From NCBI GenBank assembly GCA_043805415.1, contig JAZDHZ010000003.1:28366-92365 (forward strand): a DNA stretch of 64,000 nucleotides. The letters are read 5' to 3'. A program made the translations under genes and the position numbers. The stretch comes from Candidatus Omnitrophota bacterium (GTDB lineage: Bacteria > Omnitrophota > Gorgyraeia > B26-G9). Below the pieces are notes generated by a model, which made no database searches, was not told where the DNA came from, and saw only the letters and a program-made list of their open reading frames with translations. Each line of letters starts with the position of its first letter. Within the stretch, counting starts at the first letter, position 1. Shown here piece by piece: positions 18,817-29,081 of the stretch.

Positions 18817-20511
18817 CTAGAATAGTCCGATTGTATTGCCATTCTCATCAATATCCACATTCATGCCGCACGGGTTCGAGGGCAGCCCTGGCATGGTTCT
18901 CATCTTTCCGCAAAGCGGATAGATAAATCCTGCTCCAGCTGATACACGGATATCTCTAATCGGCAGTTCAAAATTTGTCGGCACGCCTTTTAATTTGGGA
19001 TCATGAGATAAAGACAAATGTGTTTTAGCCATGCATATCGGAAATTTATCAAAACTAAGCTCTGTGTATTGCTGTATTTTCTTTTCTGCCATGGGATGAT
19101 AAGTAACTCCGGATGCTCCGTACATCCTGGTGGCAATTGTATGAATTTTTTCTTTTATCGACATCTCAAGCGGGTAGAGGAATTTAAAATCATTAGGGGT
19201 ATTACAGGCTTTAATTACAGATTGGGCAAGTTCTGCCGCGCCATTGCCGCCTTGTAAATAAGCAAGACTGACAACCGCGTCTTGGGCTCCGAATTCTTTG
19301 GCTTTGTTTTTGATTAATTCAATTTCTTTATCCGTATCAGATGCGAATCGGTTGATTGCCACAACAACCGGCACACCGAATTGCCGGACATTTTCAATTT
19401 GTTTTTTTAAATTGCAGCAGCCTTTTATAATCGCGTCGAGGTTTTCATGGAAAAGTTTTGGATCCAGCGGACGGCCGGCAATTACTTCAAAATCATTGCT
19501 GTGCATTTTTAATGCCCGGGTTGAGCAAACCATAACCACACAATCAGGTTTTAAATTGCTGTAACGGCATTTTATATTCATGAATTTTTCCGCGCCAAGA
19601 TCAGCGCCAAAGCCGCTTTCTGTAACCACATAATCAGCAAGTTTTAAAGCCATCTGGTCAGCAAGGATTGAGCTGTTGCCATGAGCAATATTTCCGAACG
19701 GACCGCTGTGAATAAAGCAGGCAGTACCTTCAGTGGTTTGAACAATGTTAGGCATAATCGCGTTTTTTAATAATACGGTCATAGCTCCAGCGACTTTAAT
19801 ATCTTCCGGTGTTATGGGTTTGCCGTCATATGTAGTTGCCAGCATGATTTTGCCCATGCGTGATCTAAGGTCTTTTAAATTACTGGTTAGGGCAAGTATG
19901 GCCATGACTTCACTGGCTTCAGTGATTTCAAACCCGCTTTCGCGCAAAAATCCATTTTCTTTACCGCCTAAGCCAATTATAATTTCCCGGAGAAAGCGAT
20001 CATTTACATTTAAAACCCGGGGTAAAGTAATGCTGTGCGGATCAATGCTCAGAGTGTTTCCCTTGAATATATGGTTATCTAAAAAAGCTGCGCAAAGATT
20101 ATGCGCTATTTCTATGGCTGGAACATCGCCGGTTAAATGCAGATTAATATCTTCCATGGGCAGGACTTGTGAGTATCCGCCGCCGGCTGCTCCGCCTTTA
20201 ATTCCAAAAACCGGGCCAAGAGAGGGTTCTCGGATACAGGAAATTGCTTTTTTACCAATTTTATTCAGGCCAAGAGATAAGCCGATAGTAGTCAGAGTTT
20301 TGCCTTCTCCCAAAGGAGTCGGAGTAATGGCAGTTACATCAATATATTTGCCATTTGGCGCGTCTTTTAGTCGCTCAAGGATGCTCAGGCATACTTTTGC
20401 TTTATAATTGCCGTAAGGATGCAGTTCATTGCTTTGGATGCCGATTTTAGCAGCGATTTCACTTATTGGTATTAAGTTTATGGATTGAGCGATTTCAAGA
20501 TCAGTTTGCAT
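18817..20511 (-). CDS. fhs: Formate--tetrahydrofolate ligase
   Basis: TPTPLGEGKTLTTIGL is the FTHFS signature. Start set at MQTDLEIAQ; the ORF-track frame extends 20 codons upstream. Confidence 0.85.
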   Translation of the reverse strand: MQTDLEIAQSINLIPISEIAAKIGIQSNELHPYGNYKAKVCLSILERLKDAPNGKYIDVTAITPTPLGEGKTLTTIGLSLGLNKIGKKAISCIREPSLGPVFGIKGGAAGGGYSQVLPMEDINLHLTGDVPAIEIAHNLCAAFLDNHIFKGNTLSIDPHSITLPRVLNVNDRFLREIIIGLGGKENGFLRESGFEITEASEVMAILALTSNLKDLRSRMGKIMLATTYDGKPITPEDIKVAGAMTVLLKNAIMPNIVQTTEGTACFIHSGPFGNIAHGNSSILADQMALKLADYVVTESGFGADLGAEKFMNIKCRYSNLKPDCVVMVCSTRALKMHSNDFEVIAGRPLDPKLFHENLDAIIKGCCNLKKQIENVRQFGVPVVVAINRFASDTDKEIELIKNKAKEFGAQDAVVSLAYLQGGNGAAELAQSVIKACNTPNDFKFLYPLEMSIKEKIHTIATRMYGASGVTYHPMAEKKIQQYTELSFDKFPICMAKTHLSLSHDPKLKGVPTNFELPIRDIRVSAGAGFIYPLCGKMRTMPGLPSNPCGMNVDIDENGNTIGLF

Positions 20512-20589
20512 TGTGGCTCCTTTATTTATAAATAGTAAGTACATTATAAGTCCAGGGTTTTGATGTGTCAAGAAATTAACCTGATTTGA

Positions 20590-20618
20590 TTGACATTAAC
20601 CTGAATATCAGGTATAAT
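20590..20618 (+). promoter_or_regulatory. Consensus sigma70 promoter (TTGACA-17-TATAAT) with a 13-bp near-palindrome CCTGAATATCAGG in the spacer
   Basis: Perfect hexamers at 20590-20595 and 20613-20618. The palindrome is a possible operator. Confidence 0.55.
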
Positions 20619-20719
20619 TTGCCGGATTTATGTTTTAGGTATAACTAGCTGTGAAAAAAAAGGTTGGAAAAATGAATGCCAACGCTATTCTTAAGTGTAA
20701 TTTAATGAGATGACTTTAT

Positions 20720-22225
20720 ATGTCGAAGAAAAGAAATTATAGTCTAATAACAATTGCCGGGATATTAGTATTGCTAATATTATTTTCCCAGAAATCCGGA
20801 TTTTGTCTGTCGCCGCAAATGCTGCTGGATTCTTCTACCGTACAAAAAGCATTTGATCAAAAAAATGCTGAAGATAAGATTCTGCCTGCCATATTTTGGC
20901 AGGAGAGTTCTGTCTATGGCCAGGGGGCTAAAGAGTTCATGATAATGGCGCTTAAACAGCTGGGTTATAAAATAAATGTTTTAGAAGATTTTGATCAGCA
21001 GGAATTGCGCAAAGAAAAACCACCAATTGCTATTTTAAATCCTGAGTCTGCTAAAGAACTCGGTCCAATGCTCAGAACTTTAAACCCCAACATAAGGATA
21101 GTTATTGTTTCGAGTTATTTATTTAGTGATGCTGAAATAAGTTCCATGGGCGGAGATTATTATTTGCAAAAAAACTACAGTGTTTTGGAATTTGCAAAAT
21201 TCCTTAAGTTTTTAAAGCAAGAGATTGCTTTAAATCGTAAACAAAATAAGAATCATAGCCATCTTGAATTGCCGGAATGGTCTGCATACTCTGTTGACTC
21301 TATGGATAATCATCCTCAATTGCAAGCGCAGCTAGGTGAAAAAGCGCTTGAATACCAGAGGAGATTACTGAAAAGAAAAACAGATGGAGCCTTATTTTTT
21401 ATAAAAACCCGTTATCAGCCAAGACAGCCTAATCAGCTGGATTTTATCTGGCAGACAAAAAATGAGGCATCAAGGGAAAACGCGGCATTTGCTTTGGGCA
21501 GGTTTATGGATGCTAATGTGTGTGATATTATATTGCCGGAAAAAGAGCAGGCAAAAGCCTTAGCTTCCTATATTGGAGCATTGCCGGAGGATATATATCT
21601 GGTTAGGGCAGCTAATGATTATAAGCTTAGCGATGAACAGGTTAGGCAAAAAACATTTAAAAAAGCTTTTACCCGTAACCTGGTTTTAGCAATTTTAATC
21701 AGAAAATATGATTTTCATGCGGCAAATCATAGTCCTATTTCAGATGCGCAGGTTGCGATGATGTTTGATAATGACCAGTCATTTCATAAGGATTTAATAA
21801 ACATAAATATGTTTACCCTGGCATTTATGGAGAATTTCTTTCCAACATTTCGCTATAAGAGCATAAACGCAAGGCAATTATTAGATTTTATTTCGGTTGA
21901 AGAATTAGTCGCTGCAGTTGATTTTTGTGAAAATAAACTGGCTATCGGCAAAGTCTTAGACGAAATGGCCTATCGGCAGGTGGAGTCATTTATCCACATA
22001 GAGTACGCAGAAGCCAGGGCCAAGACATTACGGGCTGATATGTTAGAATTTTTTCAGGAAATCCTTGGTTTTAACCAGGTGTTTAAAAAGGGCACGCCTG
22101 AATATGAACAATTATCCCAAGAAATTACATATATAAGAGAAGCTTTATCCCAAGAAAAAGGTAATCTTAAAGCAAAAAACAATCAATTAGACAATGGGCA
22201 GGACTTGCTATTGGAATCAATATAA
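20720..22225 (+). CDS. Membrane-anchored hypothetical protein with pseudo-receiver-like segment and atypical kinase-like (DxHxxN ... FDNDQSF) region
   Basis: N-terminal TM/signal. Residues ~100-165 resemble the second half of a REC domain (NPNIRIVIVSS...GGDYYLQKNYSVLEFAKFLKFL). KYDFHAANHSP and MMFDNDQSF resemble the catalytic and activation loops of PI3/4K/HipA-like kinases. Confidence 0.45.
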   Translation: MSKKRNYSLITIAGILVLLILFSQKSGFCLSPQMLLDSSTVQKAFDQKNAEDKILPAIFWQESSVYGQGAKEFMIMALKQLGYKINVLEDFDQQELRKEKPPIAILNPESAKELGPMLRTLNPNIRIVIVSSYLFSDAEISSMGGDYYLQKNYSVLEFAKFLKFLKQEIALNRKQNKNHSHLELPEWSAYSVDSMDNHPQLQAQLGEKALEYQRRLLKRKTDGALFFIKTRYQPRQPNQLDFIWQTKNEASRENAAFALGRFMDANVCDIILPEKEQAKALASYIGALPEDIYLVRAANDYKLSDEQVRQKTFKKAFTRNLVLAILIRKYDFHAANHSPISDAQVAMMFDNDQSFHKDLININMFTLAFMENFFPTFRYKSINARQLLDFISVEELVAAVDFCENKLAIGKVLDEMAYRQVESFIHIEYAEARAKTLRADMLEFFQEILGFNQVFKKGTPEYEQLSQEITYIREALSQEKGNLKAKNNQLDNGQDLLLESI

Positions 22226-22247
22226 ATCATGGTTTTATTTTTTTCTC

Positions 22248-22276
22248 TTGACAGGGATTGCGTAACATGATATATT
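22248..22276 (+). promoter_or_regulatory. Sigma70 promoter for rplM-rpsI (TTGACA-17-TATATT)
   Basis: Hexamers at 22248-22253 and 22271-22276. Confidence 0.5.
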
Positions 22277-22347
22277 TTCATTCTAATAATTTTAGAAGAA
22301 AACTATGTAAAAAATTTTAAAAGAAAAAAATTAGGAAGAGTAAAAAA

Positions 22348-22776
22348 ATGAAAAGTTTTGTACAAAAGCCACAGGATGTAGAAAGAAAATGGTTGCTTAT
22401 CGACGCAGATGGTCTAATTTTAGGCCGATTAGCTTCTAAGCTTGCAAGTATGTTGCGCGGTAAAACTAAGCCGGAATTCACTGCCCATGTTGATATGGCA
22501 GATGAGATCGTAATTATCAATGCTGCTAAAATCAGAGTTACTGGAAAAAAATTAACTGATAAAAAATATCAGACATATTCAGGGTATCCTGGTGGACAGA
22601 AAGAAATTAATTTAGCGGAAAAACTGGAAAAAAAACCAGAAGATGTTATTATTCATGCGGTGCGTGGAATGCTTCCGCATAATTCATTAGGAAGGCAATT
22701 AATGAGAAAACTCAAGGTTTATGCTGGAGCAGACCATCCGCATCAAGCTCAGAATCCTGAGGAAATAAAAATATAA
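22348..22776 (+). CDS. rplM: 50S ribosomal protein L13
   Basis: KWLLIDADGLILGRLASKLASMLRGK is the canonical L13 N-terminus. Confidence 0.9.
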   Translation: MKSFVQKPQDVERKWLLIDADGLILGRLASKLASMLRGKTKPEFTAHVDMADEIVIINAAKIRVTGKKLTDKKYQTYSGYPGGQKEINLAEKLEKKPEDVIIHAVRGMLPHNSLGRQLMRKLKVYAGADHPHQAQNPEEIKI

Positions 22777-22844
22777 AAAGTTTGTTTTTACAGCAAAAAT
22801 CCGCTGTATCCATTAAAGGAGGAAAAGTTTTGGTTAAAGAGGTA

Positions 22845-23225
22845 ATGTATTGCGCTACTGGAAGAAGAAAAGAATCCGTTGCTAGAGTTATTTTAAAATC
22901 CGGCTCTGGTGAGTTTATGGTTAATAAACGTCTTTTAGAGAGCTATTTTGGACGTGAAGTATCGAGAATGTTAGTTAAGCAGCCATTGATTGTGGCTAAT
23001 GTCTTAACTAAACTTAATGTCAGTGCTAATGTCAGAGGCGGAGGTCTTTCTGGTCAAGCTGGTGCTATCTGTCATGGTATTGCCAGGGCATTACTTAAAT
23101 ACGACGAAGCGCTTAAGCCAATTCTTAAAAAAGGAAATTTTCTTACCCGCGATTCTCGCATGAAAGAGCGCAAAAAACCTGGTCAAAAAGGCGCGCGTGC
23201 TCGTTTTCAGTGGACAAAGAGATAA
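22845..23225 (+). CDS. rpsI: 30S ribosomal protein S9
   Basis: YCATGRRKESVARV N-terminus and C-terminal ...KKPGQKGARARFQWTKR. Start set at the internal ATG 22845. Confidence 0.85.
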   Translation: MYCATGRRKESVARVILKSGSGEFMVNKRLLESYFGREVSRMLVKQPLIVANVLTKLNVSANVRGGGLSGQAGAICHGIARALLKYDEALKPILKKGNFLTRDSRMKERKKPGQKGARARFQWTKR

Positions 23226-23445
23226 TATATTCTTTTGTTTTCTGATAAAATGTGAGAGACTCTACAGTTATAATCTATTTATTTACAGATTGTTCTGCCT
23301 TAGGAATCTTATTTTGAGGTAAACTGCCTATTTGGCGACATATTGATGTAAGCTATTTATTTGCTAAATGTTATGCATTTAAATCGTTTACATCTATTTT
23401 TTTAGGTAAAATTATCTGATTAGAGGGATGCCGTCTAGAAATCTA

Positions 23446-23474
23446 TTGACGGTTAGTTGTTTTTGTTTTATAAT
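23446..23474 (+). promoter_or_regulatory. Sigma70 promoter upstream of the arg operon (TTGACG-17-TATAAT)
   Basis: Hexamers at 23446-23451 and 23469-23474 in a long AT-rich leader. Confidence 0.45.
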
Positions 23475-23601
23475 AAATTTCTATTTAAAAATTCTAAGTC
23501 TTGAGTGATAAACTCTTAGGTTAAATTTCAGATTAGCTTATTAGAAATATTTTGTTAGGTTATTTAGAAAAATTATTAAATCAAGGAGAAATAATATAAA
23601 A

Positions 23602-24618
23602 ATGTTAAAAGCAGCGATAATCGGAGCTACTGGATATACAGGTGAAGAACTAATTCGCATTCTTTTAAAACATCCAAATGTAGAGATTTCACACCTTGTT
23701 TCAAAAAGTTCGCGTGGCGCTCCCATAAGCGAGATGCTTCCTTGGCTGGAAAAAAGATTAGATTTGGAATGCCATAGCCAAATGGATGTGGAAGAAATGT
23801 CTAAAAATACTGATGTGATCTTTTTAGCTCTTCCGCACAGAGTCTCAATGGAAATAGCCCCTAATTTTTTAAGCAATGGAATGCGGGTTATTGATTTAAG
23901 CGCTGATTACAGGCTAAAAGACGTAAACGAATATCAAAAATGGTATGGCGTGTCGCATAAAAGCACGGAATTTGTTAAAGACAGCGTTTATGGACTTCCG
24001 GAACTGAATAAAGCAGAAATTAAAAATGCTAAATTACTCGCTAATCCAGGATGCTATCCTACGGGATCTATTATAGCTTGCGCGCCGTTTTTAAAAGCAG
24101 GCCTGGTTGATCCGGATATTATTATTGATGCTAAATCCGGAACCAGCGGCGCGGGACGATCTCCAGCTGTGTCATTGCTATATTCAGAAGTAAATGAGAA
24201 TTTCAAAGCATATAAAGTATGTAATCACCAGCATATCCCGGAGATAACTCAAGAGCTGGCTAAGCAGCATGGCTCAGATGTGCGTATTAGCTTTGTCCCG
24301 CATCTTGTGCCCATGACCCGGGGGATTCTAAGTACTATTTACATGAGTTTAAAAAAGAATATCTCGGTATTTGAAGCTGTTGATGTTTTAAAAAAGTTTT
24401 ATGCTGATCAGCCTTTTGTCCGGGTAAAACAAGCAGATATGTTTCCGGAAATAAAAGATGTAGTTCATAGCAATTTTTGTGATATTGGAATAAAAGTTGA
24501 CGGAAAACGGCTTATTGCCATATCCGCAATTGATAATTTAGTTAAAGGCGCTGCTGGGCAGGCGGTGCAGAATTTTAATATAATGTTTGGTCTTGAAGAA
24601 ACAGCAGGATTGATGTAA
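23602..24618 (+). CDS. argC: N-acetyl-gamma-glutamyl-phosphate reductase
   Basis: MLKAAIIGATGYTGEELIRIL and an active-site Cys region (PGCYPTG). Confidence 0.85.
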   Translation: MLKAAIIGATGYTGEELIRILLKHPNVEISHLVSKSSRGAPISEMLPWLEKRLDLECHSQMDVEEMSKNTDVIFLALPHRVSMEIAPNFLSNGMRVIDLSADYRLKDVNEYQKWYGVSHKSTEFVKDSVYGLPELNKAEIKNAKLLANPGCYPTGSIIACAPFLKAGLVDPDIIIDAKSGTSGAGRSPAVSLLYSEVNENFKAYKVCNHQHIPEITQELAKQHGSDVRISFVPHLVPMTRGILSTIYMSLKKNISVFEAVDVLKKFYADQPFVRVKQADMFPEIKDVVHSNFCDIGIKVDGKRLIAISAIDNLVKGAAGQAVQNFNIMFGLEETAGLM

Positions 24619-25826
24619 TGAAGAATATTAAAAAAATCAAAAATGGAACAATTTGCACACCCTTAGGGTTTAAAACTAATGCGATTAACTGCGGGATTAA
24701 AAATGATAAACTTGATTTGGCTTTGATTTACTCAATTGTCAAAGCCAAAGCAGCGGGTGTGTTTACAGCGAATAAAGTGAAAGCAGCACCGGTTTTAATT
24801 GATCTGCTTAATTTAAAAAATAATACCGCGCAGGCGATTATTGTAAACAGCGGAAATGCTAACTGTTGTACTGGTAAAAAAGGCTATAGCGATGCGCAGG
24901 AGGTTGCGGATAAGGTCGCGGAAATTTTAGAGATAAATAAATCAGATGTTTTAGTGGCTTCAACTGGTGTGATTGGTAAATATTTACCAAAGGATAAGAT
25001 AATAAATTCTGTAAGTTTACTTGCTAGCGGTCTGGAATTTGATAAAGCGGATAAAACCGCTCAAGCAATGATGACCACTGATAGTTTTTCAAAGCAGGTT
25101 GCGGTAGAAATTAAAGTTGGGGTAAAAAGAGTTAATATTGCTGCTGTGGCTAAGGGCGCGGGAATGATTTGCCCGAATATGGCAACAATGCTTTGTTTTG
25201 TAACAACTGACGCGAATATTTCTGTTGCGGGTTTGAAAAAAGCCTTAAAAATCGCCGCGGATAGATCATTTAATTGTATTAGTGTTGATGGCGATATGAG
25301 TACTAATGATACTTTAGCGGTTTTAGCTAATGGTTTAGCCGGTAATACACTGATAAAAGATAAAGGTAAAAACTTTGATTTATTTACTCAAGCATTAACC
25401 GAGATATGTCTGGATTTGGCTAAAATGATCGTGATTGACGGTGAAGGGGCAACCAAGTTAATTGAAATTAATCTGCGGGGAGCAAAAACAAAACAGCAGG
25501 CAAGGCAAGCAGCAAGTCAGATCGCGAATTCATTGCTGGTTAAGACCATGATCACAGGGGAAAACCCTAATTGGGGTAGGATTCCGGCAAGTGTCGGCGC
25601 GTCTGGAGCGGAGTTTAAAGAGGATAAGCTTGAAGTTTTTCTGCAGAATATTTGCGTCTATCGTAAGGCTACTCCTGACACTAAAAGCAGGGATAAGTTA
25701 ATTAAGCTATTGGCTAAAAAACAAGTAAATATAACTGTAAAACTTAATAATGGAAAATTTTCATGTACTATGTGGGGCAATGATTTAACCAAAGAGTATG
25801 TGCGGATAAATAGCGAATATAATTAA
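24618..25826 (+). CDS. argJ: Glutamate N-acetyltransferase / ornithine acetyltransferase
   Basis: ATMLCFVTTDA autoproteolytic T site characteristic of ArgJ. Length 402 aa. Confidence 0.85.
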   Translation: MKNIKKIKNGTICTPLGFKTNAINCGIKNDKLDLALIYSIVKAKAAGVFTANKVKAAPVLIDLLNLKNNTAQAIIVNSGNANCCTGKKGYSDAQEVADKVAEILEINKSDVLVASTGVIGKYLPKDKIINSVSLLASGLEFDKADKTAQAMMTTDSFSKQVAVEIKVGVKRVNIAAVAKGAGMICPNMATMLCFVTTDANISVAGLKKALKIAADRSFNCISVDGDMSTNDTLAVLANGLAGNTLIKDKGKNFDLFTQALTEICLDLAKMIVIDGEGATKLIEINLRGAKTKQQARQAASQIANSLLVKTMITGENPNWGRIPASVGASGAEFKEDKLEVFLQNICVYRKATPDTKSRDKLIKLLAKKQVNITVKLNNGKFSCTMWGNDLTKEYVRINSEYN

Positions 25827-25847
25827 AACATTGCTGAGGAATTATTT

Positions 25848-26708
25848 ATGATTGAAGAAGCGTGTAGAAAAGTGGATGTTCTGATTGAAGCTTTGCCTTA
25901 TATCAGACAGTTTTACGGGAAAGTCGTGGTGATTAAGTATGGAGGAAGCGCGGTGGAACATTCTGAGCTCAATCATTCCATACTTGAAGACATTACGTTT
26001 ATGAACCATGTGGGGATTCATCCGGTAATTGTTCATGGTGCTGGTCCTTTTATAACTCAAAAGATGAAAGAAAAAGGCATTGATGTAAAGTTTGTAAACG
26101 GGATTAGAGTTACGGATAAAGACAGCTTGGAGATTGTTAATGAATCTCTGACTGAGGTAAATAAAAATATTGTTAATGAACTTAAAAAACTAGGCAATGA
26201 AGCAAAAGGGTTTATTGGTAAAAATGGTGAACTGATAAGAGCGAAAAAGAAAATCGCGGTAGTTGATGTTGGCTTTGTCGGTGAGGTTATTGGGTTTGAT
26301 AGTAAATTAATGCATAGTTTATTGCAGTCAAAAATCATTCCAGTAATTGCTCCATTGGGAGTTGGGGATGATGGACAATTGTATAATTTAAACGCGGATA
26401 CAGTTGCCGCGGAGGTTGCCAAGGCAATGAACGCGGAAAAACTAGTATTACTTACTAATGTGCGTGGAATCATGACAGATATTAATGATGAGGAGACGTT
26501 GCTATCAAGTGTAACTTTAGATGAGCTTGAAGTTTTGTTTGAAAATAAAATAATTGCCGGAGGAATGATCCCAAAGGTTCTTGCATGTAAAGAAGCTGCT
26601 GAAAACGGAGTACATAAAACTCATATTATCGAAGCGCAGATTCCGCATGCTGTATTGCTTGAAATTTATACAGATAAAGGGATTGGGACTCAAATTATCA
26701 AAAAGTAA
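25848..26708 (+). CDS. argB: Acetylglutamate kinase
   Basis: VVIKYGGSA amino-acid-kinase N-terminus. Sits between argJ and argD. Confidence 0.85.
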   Translation: MIEEACRKVDVLIEALPYIRQFYGKVVVIKYGGSAVEHSELNHSILEDITFMNHVGIHPVIVHGAGPFITQKMKEKGIDVKFVNGIRVTDKDSLEIVNESLTEVNKNIVNELKKLGNEAKGFIGKNGELIRAKKKIAVVDVGFVGEVIGFDSKLMHSLLQSKIIPVIAPLGVGDDGQLYNLNADTVAAEVAKAMNAEKLVLLTNVRGIMTDINDEETLLSSVTLDELEVLFENKIIAGGMIPKVLACKEAAENGVHKTHIIEAQIPHAVLLEIYTDKGIGTQIIKK

Positions 26709-26762
26709 TTATTGAAAATTAAAACTCATAAAAGTAGAATTAAAATGTTAAAAGGTGGGTCA

Positions 26763-27941
26763 ATGGATACACAGCAAATAATTAAATTGTACGACGATTT
26801 TGTAATGAATAACTATGCGCGCAAAAATCTGGTGTTTGTAAAAGCCCAAGGATCTCGAGTTTGGACAGCGGATAAAAAAGTCTATCTTGATTTTTTTCCG
26901 GGCTGGGCAGTAAGCGGAATAGGGCATTGTCATAAAAGAGTAGTAAAAGCTTTGCAAAAACAGGCAGGTCAGTTATTGCATGTTTCCAATAACTATTATT
27001 CTGAGCTGCAGGGCCGTCTTGCCGAGCGTATTGCCTTAAACTCTTTTGGCGGTAAAGTATTTTTTTGCAATTCAGGAGCTGAAGCAAATGAAGCTGCGTT
27101 TAAGCTTGTCCGGGCATTTGGCAATCCCCAAAGAAATGAAATTATTACAATGAATAAATCATTTCACGGACGGACGCTGGCTTGTACTGCGGCTACAGGA
27201 CAGGCAAAATGTCATGTGGGATTTGACCCCTTGCCCGCTGGCTTTAAAAGTGTTGATTTTAATAATAAAGAGGCGCTAACTAATGCCGTGAGTGAAACAA
27301 CCATAGCGATTATGGTTGAACTGGTTCAAGGCGAAGGCGGAGTTAATCTCGCGGATAAGTCTTATGTCCGGTTTTTAAGGGATTTTTGCGATAAGAAAAA
27401 TATGTTGCTTATCGTTGATGAGGTCCAAACCGGCATGGGTAGGACAGGGAAGATGTTTGCTTACCAGCATTATGGAATTGAACCGGATATTATGACTTTG
27501 GCTAAAAGTCTTGGCGGCGGAATGCCGATCGGAGCAATGGTGGCAAAGAAAAATATAGCTGGAACTTTTCGTCCGGGTATGCATGCTTCTACTTTTGGCG
27601 GAAGTCCGATTGCTTGTAGCGCAGGGCTTGCGGTGTTTGACGCGATTGAGAAAGAACGTTTATTACAAAATACAATTAATATGGGTGAATATTTAAAAGG
27701 GCAATTATTAGAGTTAAAAGGGAAGTATCCGATTATAAAACATGTTAGGGGAATAGGCTTGATGTTTGGGGTTGAGATGATTATTAATGCTGATCGGGCT
27801 TATGATTTTTGTTTGGCTAATGGGCTTTTGATCAACTGTACTCAGGGTAATACATTAAGAATTATGCCTTCATTAACAATAAAGCAAAAAGAAATTGATC
27901 AGGCAATTGAAATAATGGACATGGCGATTAGTAAGTGCTGA
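26763..27941 (+). CDS. argD: Acetylornithine aminotransferase (class III PLP)
   Basis: Class-III aminotransferase motifs (DEVQTGMGRTG, TLAKSLGGG). Start at ATG 26763 behind the SD AAGGTGGG. Confidence 0.8.
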   Translation: MDTQQIIKLYDDFVMNNYARKNLVFVKAQGSRVWTADKKVYLDFFPGWAVSGIGHCHKRVVKALQKQAGQLLHVSNNYYSELQGRLAERIALNSFGGKVFFCNSGAEANEAAFKLVRAFGNPQRNEIITMNKSFHGRTLACTAATGQAKCHVGFDPLPAGFKSVDFNNKEALTNAVSETTIAIMVELVQGEGGVNLADKSYVRFLRDFCDKKNMLLIVDEVQTGMGRTGKMFAYQHYGIEPDIMTLAKSLGGGMPIGAMVAKKNIAGTFRPGMHASTFGGSPIACSAGLAVFDAIEKERLLQNTINMGEYLKGQLLELKGKYPIIKHVRGIGLMFGVEMIINADRAYDFCLANGLLINCTQGNTLRIMPSLTIKQKEIDQAIEIMDMAISKC

Positions 27942-27983
27942 TAATGGTGGTCTTAATTTTTATCTTGAGGAGAGTGGATCCAT

Positions 27984-28904
27984 ATGAATAAAGATTTAAT
28001 TTCAGGGTTTGATTTATCTGAGCAGGATATTAATAAAATATTTTCGCTTACATCAAAACTGAAAAAAAACAAAATAGACAGCTGTCTTAAAAATCAGACT
28101 ATTGGACTTGTTTTTCAAAAACCATCAGTGCGGACGCGAGTTTCTTTTGAAGTCGGCGCTCGTCAGCTGGGAGCAAATTGTTTATACCTTGCGCCGCAGG
28201 ATATTGAGCTGGGGAGCCGGGAGCCGTTAAAAGATGTAGCTAGAGTTCTTGGCCGCTACTTAGATGGAATTATTGCCCGGACTTTTTCCCATGACCATGT
28301 TATTGAACTGGCAAAGTACGCGGATATCCCGGTAATAAACGGTTTAAGCGATTTGTATCATCCTGCCCAGGCTTTAGCTGATATTTATACTGTATCTGAA
28401 CATACAACTAAGTTTAAAGGCGTGAAGCTTGTTTATGTCGGGGATGGAAATAATGTGGTTAACTCGCTTATGGCCATTTGCGCAAAAGTAGGCATGGATT
28501 TTATTGTGTCGACACCCAAAGGCTATGAGCCGAACAAGCTGATTTGGGCTAATGCTCTTAAAATTGCTAAGCAAAACAAAGCAAAGCTTGTGCACTGCTA
28601 TGATCCGGAAGAGGCAGTAAAAGGGGCTGATTTTATTTATAGTGATGTTTGGACTTCAATGGGACAGGAAAAAGAAGCAGTCAAGAGGATCAAGGCATTT
28701 AAGAATTATCAAATAAACGCAGAGCTGCTTAAACACGCAGGCAAGCAATATAAGATTATGCATTGCATGCCGATACACCGTGGGCAGGAAATGACGGATG
28801 AAGTTGTTGAATCCAAGCAATCGATTATCTTTGATCAGGCAAAAAATAGAATGCATGTGCAAAAAGCAGTGATGGCGCTACTTTTGCAAAGCAAAAGTAA
28901 ATGA
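27984..28904 (+). CDS. argF: Ornithine carbamoyltransferase
   Basis: STRTRVSFE carbamoyl-phosphate-binding motif and HCMP ornithine-binding motif. Confidence 0.85.
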   Translation: MNKDLISGFDLSEQDINKIFSLTSKLKKNKIDSCLKNQTIGLVFQKPSVRTRVSFEVGARQLGANCLYLAPQDIELGSREPLKDVARVLGRYLDGIIARTFSHDHVIELAKYADIPVINGLSDLYHPAQALADIYTVSEHTTKFKGVKLVYVGDGNNVVNSLMAICAKVGMDFIVSTPKGYEPNKLIWANALKIAKQNKAKLVHCYDPEEAVKGADFIYSDVWTSMGQEKEAVKRIKAFKNYQINAELLKHAGKQYKIMHCMPIHRGQEMTDEVVESKQSIIFDQAKNRMHVQKAVMALLLQSKSK

Positions 28905-29001
28905 CAAATGACAAATGCCAAATGACAAATAACAAACAGAAGTCAAATTAAAGCAGGGTAAATAAAAAGCAGAAAAAGAAAATCTTTGAGGGTTTAAGAG
29001 T

Positions 29002-29035
29002 TATCTTCTGAAAGAAGATAGTCGATTTATTTGGA
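29002..29035 (+). terminator. Perfect hairpin TATCTTC-TGAAA-GAAGATA followed by a T-rich tract in the argF-argG spacer
   Basis: Read directly. May act as an intra-operon attenuator/terminator. Confidence 0.35.
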
Positions 29036-29081
29036 TTTTGTCATTTGGATTTTGGAATTTCTTAAATAAGGAGCAAACGAA

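Noticed and set aside
28905-28940. Short tandem repeats (CAAATGA, GCTCATGG, GTCACAAG) considered as a possible CRISPR array
   Set aside because: Units are 7-14 nt with no unique spacers and there are no cas genes. These are microsatellite-like tandem repeats, not CRISPR.
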